Positions 63,730 to 64,000 of a stretch of DNA of 64,000 bases are shown piece after piece. Source of the DNA: an uncultured Spirochaetaceae bacterium (GTDB lineage Bacteria > Spirochaetota > Spirochaetia > SZUA-6 > Fen-1364); contig CAYGXO010000063.1 in assembly GCA_964353885.1 (NCBI GenBank), positions 14,389 to 78,388 on the forward strand, written 5' to 3'. The translations under genes and the position numbers were made by a program. Under the pieces are notes generated by a model. It had not been told where the DNA came from. It made no database searches and saw only the letters and a program-made list of their open reading frames with translations. Numbering within the stretch: the stretch's first letter is position 1; each line of letters opens with the position of its first letter.

Positions 63730-64000
63730 ACTAATCCCATTTGGCCCAAAAGATAGGATTTGAGGTCGCAGTTCGATGTGGGTGCGCCCTTGAAGGCTCC
63801 GGAAGCCTCGCGGTTGCTCCAGAGCCCGAGGACTGCCTGGATCCAGGGAGTCGGAGAAAGCGGCGAGAGGTGGTGCCCTCCGGCCTTTTCCGCGTCCAGC
63901 GCGGGGCGCCCGCGACGCGGTGGACGGCCGGTAAAATACCGGTCCCCAAGAGGGTAGAAGAACGCGAGGTAGGGCGCATCAGACCCTCCCTCGATCATCC
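63726..64000 (-). CDS. 3' end of an unidentified gene continuing past the right edge
   Basis: Open frame to the window edge, with an ATGA-type overlap with the DUF4321 gene. No motif recognised. Confidence 0.3.
   Translation of the reverse strand, partial: MIEGGSDAPYLAFFYPLGDRYFTGRPPRRGRPALDAEKAGGHHLSPLSPTPWIQAVLGLWSNREASGAFKGAPTSNCDLKSYLLGQMGLV

Overview
GC-rich bacterial chromosome segment. Hand counts of single 60-nt lines give about 65% GC in ftsH. It splits into two parts.

(1) 1-27.0 kb is an accessory mosaic, almost entirely on the minus strand:
- a type I R-M operon, hsdM-hsdS-(PD-(D/E)XK/DUF4268 gene)-hsdR, with hsdR running off the left edge;
- a decayed integrase fragment and an intact XerC/D-like integrase whose promoter carries a palindromic operator;
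- a lower-GC two-gene cassette (spot counts 45-48%) encoding a lipoprotein and a beta-barrel/transglutaminase-like/TPR protein;
- two tandem integrative elements sitting on two adjacent tRNA genes.

Element 1 (about 11.1-18.0 kb, next to tRNA-Pro) carries int, an orphan 299-aa gene, xis, a replisome organizer and a T7 gp4-like primase-helicase. Its left border is unresolved. Element 2 (18148-26981) is delimited by a perfect 34-bp direct repeat of the tRNA-Asp 3' end. It carries int, an RHH regulator, xis, a RepA-like ATPase with an iteron array, an HNH-like protein, an HK97-type major capsid protein and a P27-type small terminase. I found no portal, protease, TerL or tail genes in it. I regard it as a capsid-encoding phage-satellite candidate and the most interesting object in the window.

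(2) 27.0-64 kb is a dense housekeeping core: ppiD-like, DUF115, lepA, REC-HATPase, htrA, ftsH, tilS, pth, rplY, tRNA-Gln, spoVG, ispE, rsfS, LCP, yqeK, nadD, obg, rpmA, prp, rplU, rpsF-ssb-rpsR-DUF2232-rplI-dnaB-comFB, a WD40 protein, rseP-dxr-cdsA-uppS-frr-tsf-rpsB, maf and DUF4321. From memory, the orders rseP-dxr-cdsA-uppS-frr-tsf-rpsB and rpsF-ssb-rpsR-rplI-dnaB resemble Treponema loci, so a Spirochaetota-like origin is plausible. This is inference only.

Many long ORFs in the six-frame track are antisense shadows typical of high-GC DNA and were rejected. Several starts were reassigned by hand from RBS and overlap logic. All functional calls rest on motif recognition by eye. No database search was run.
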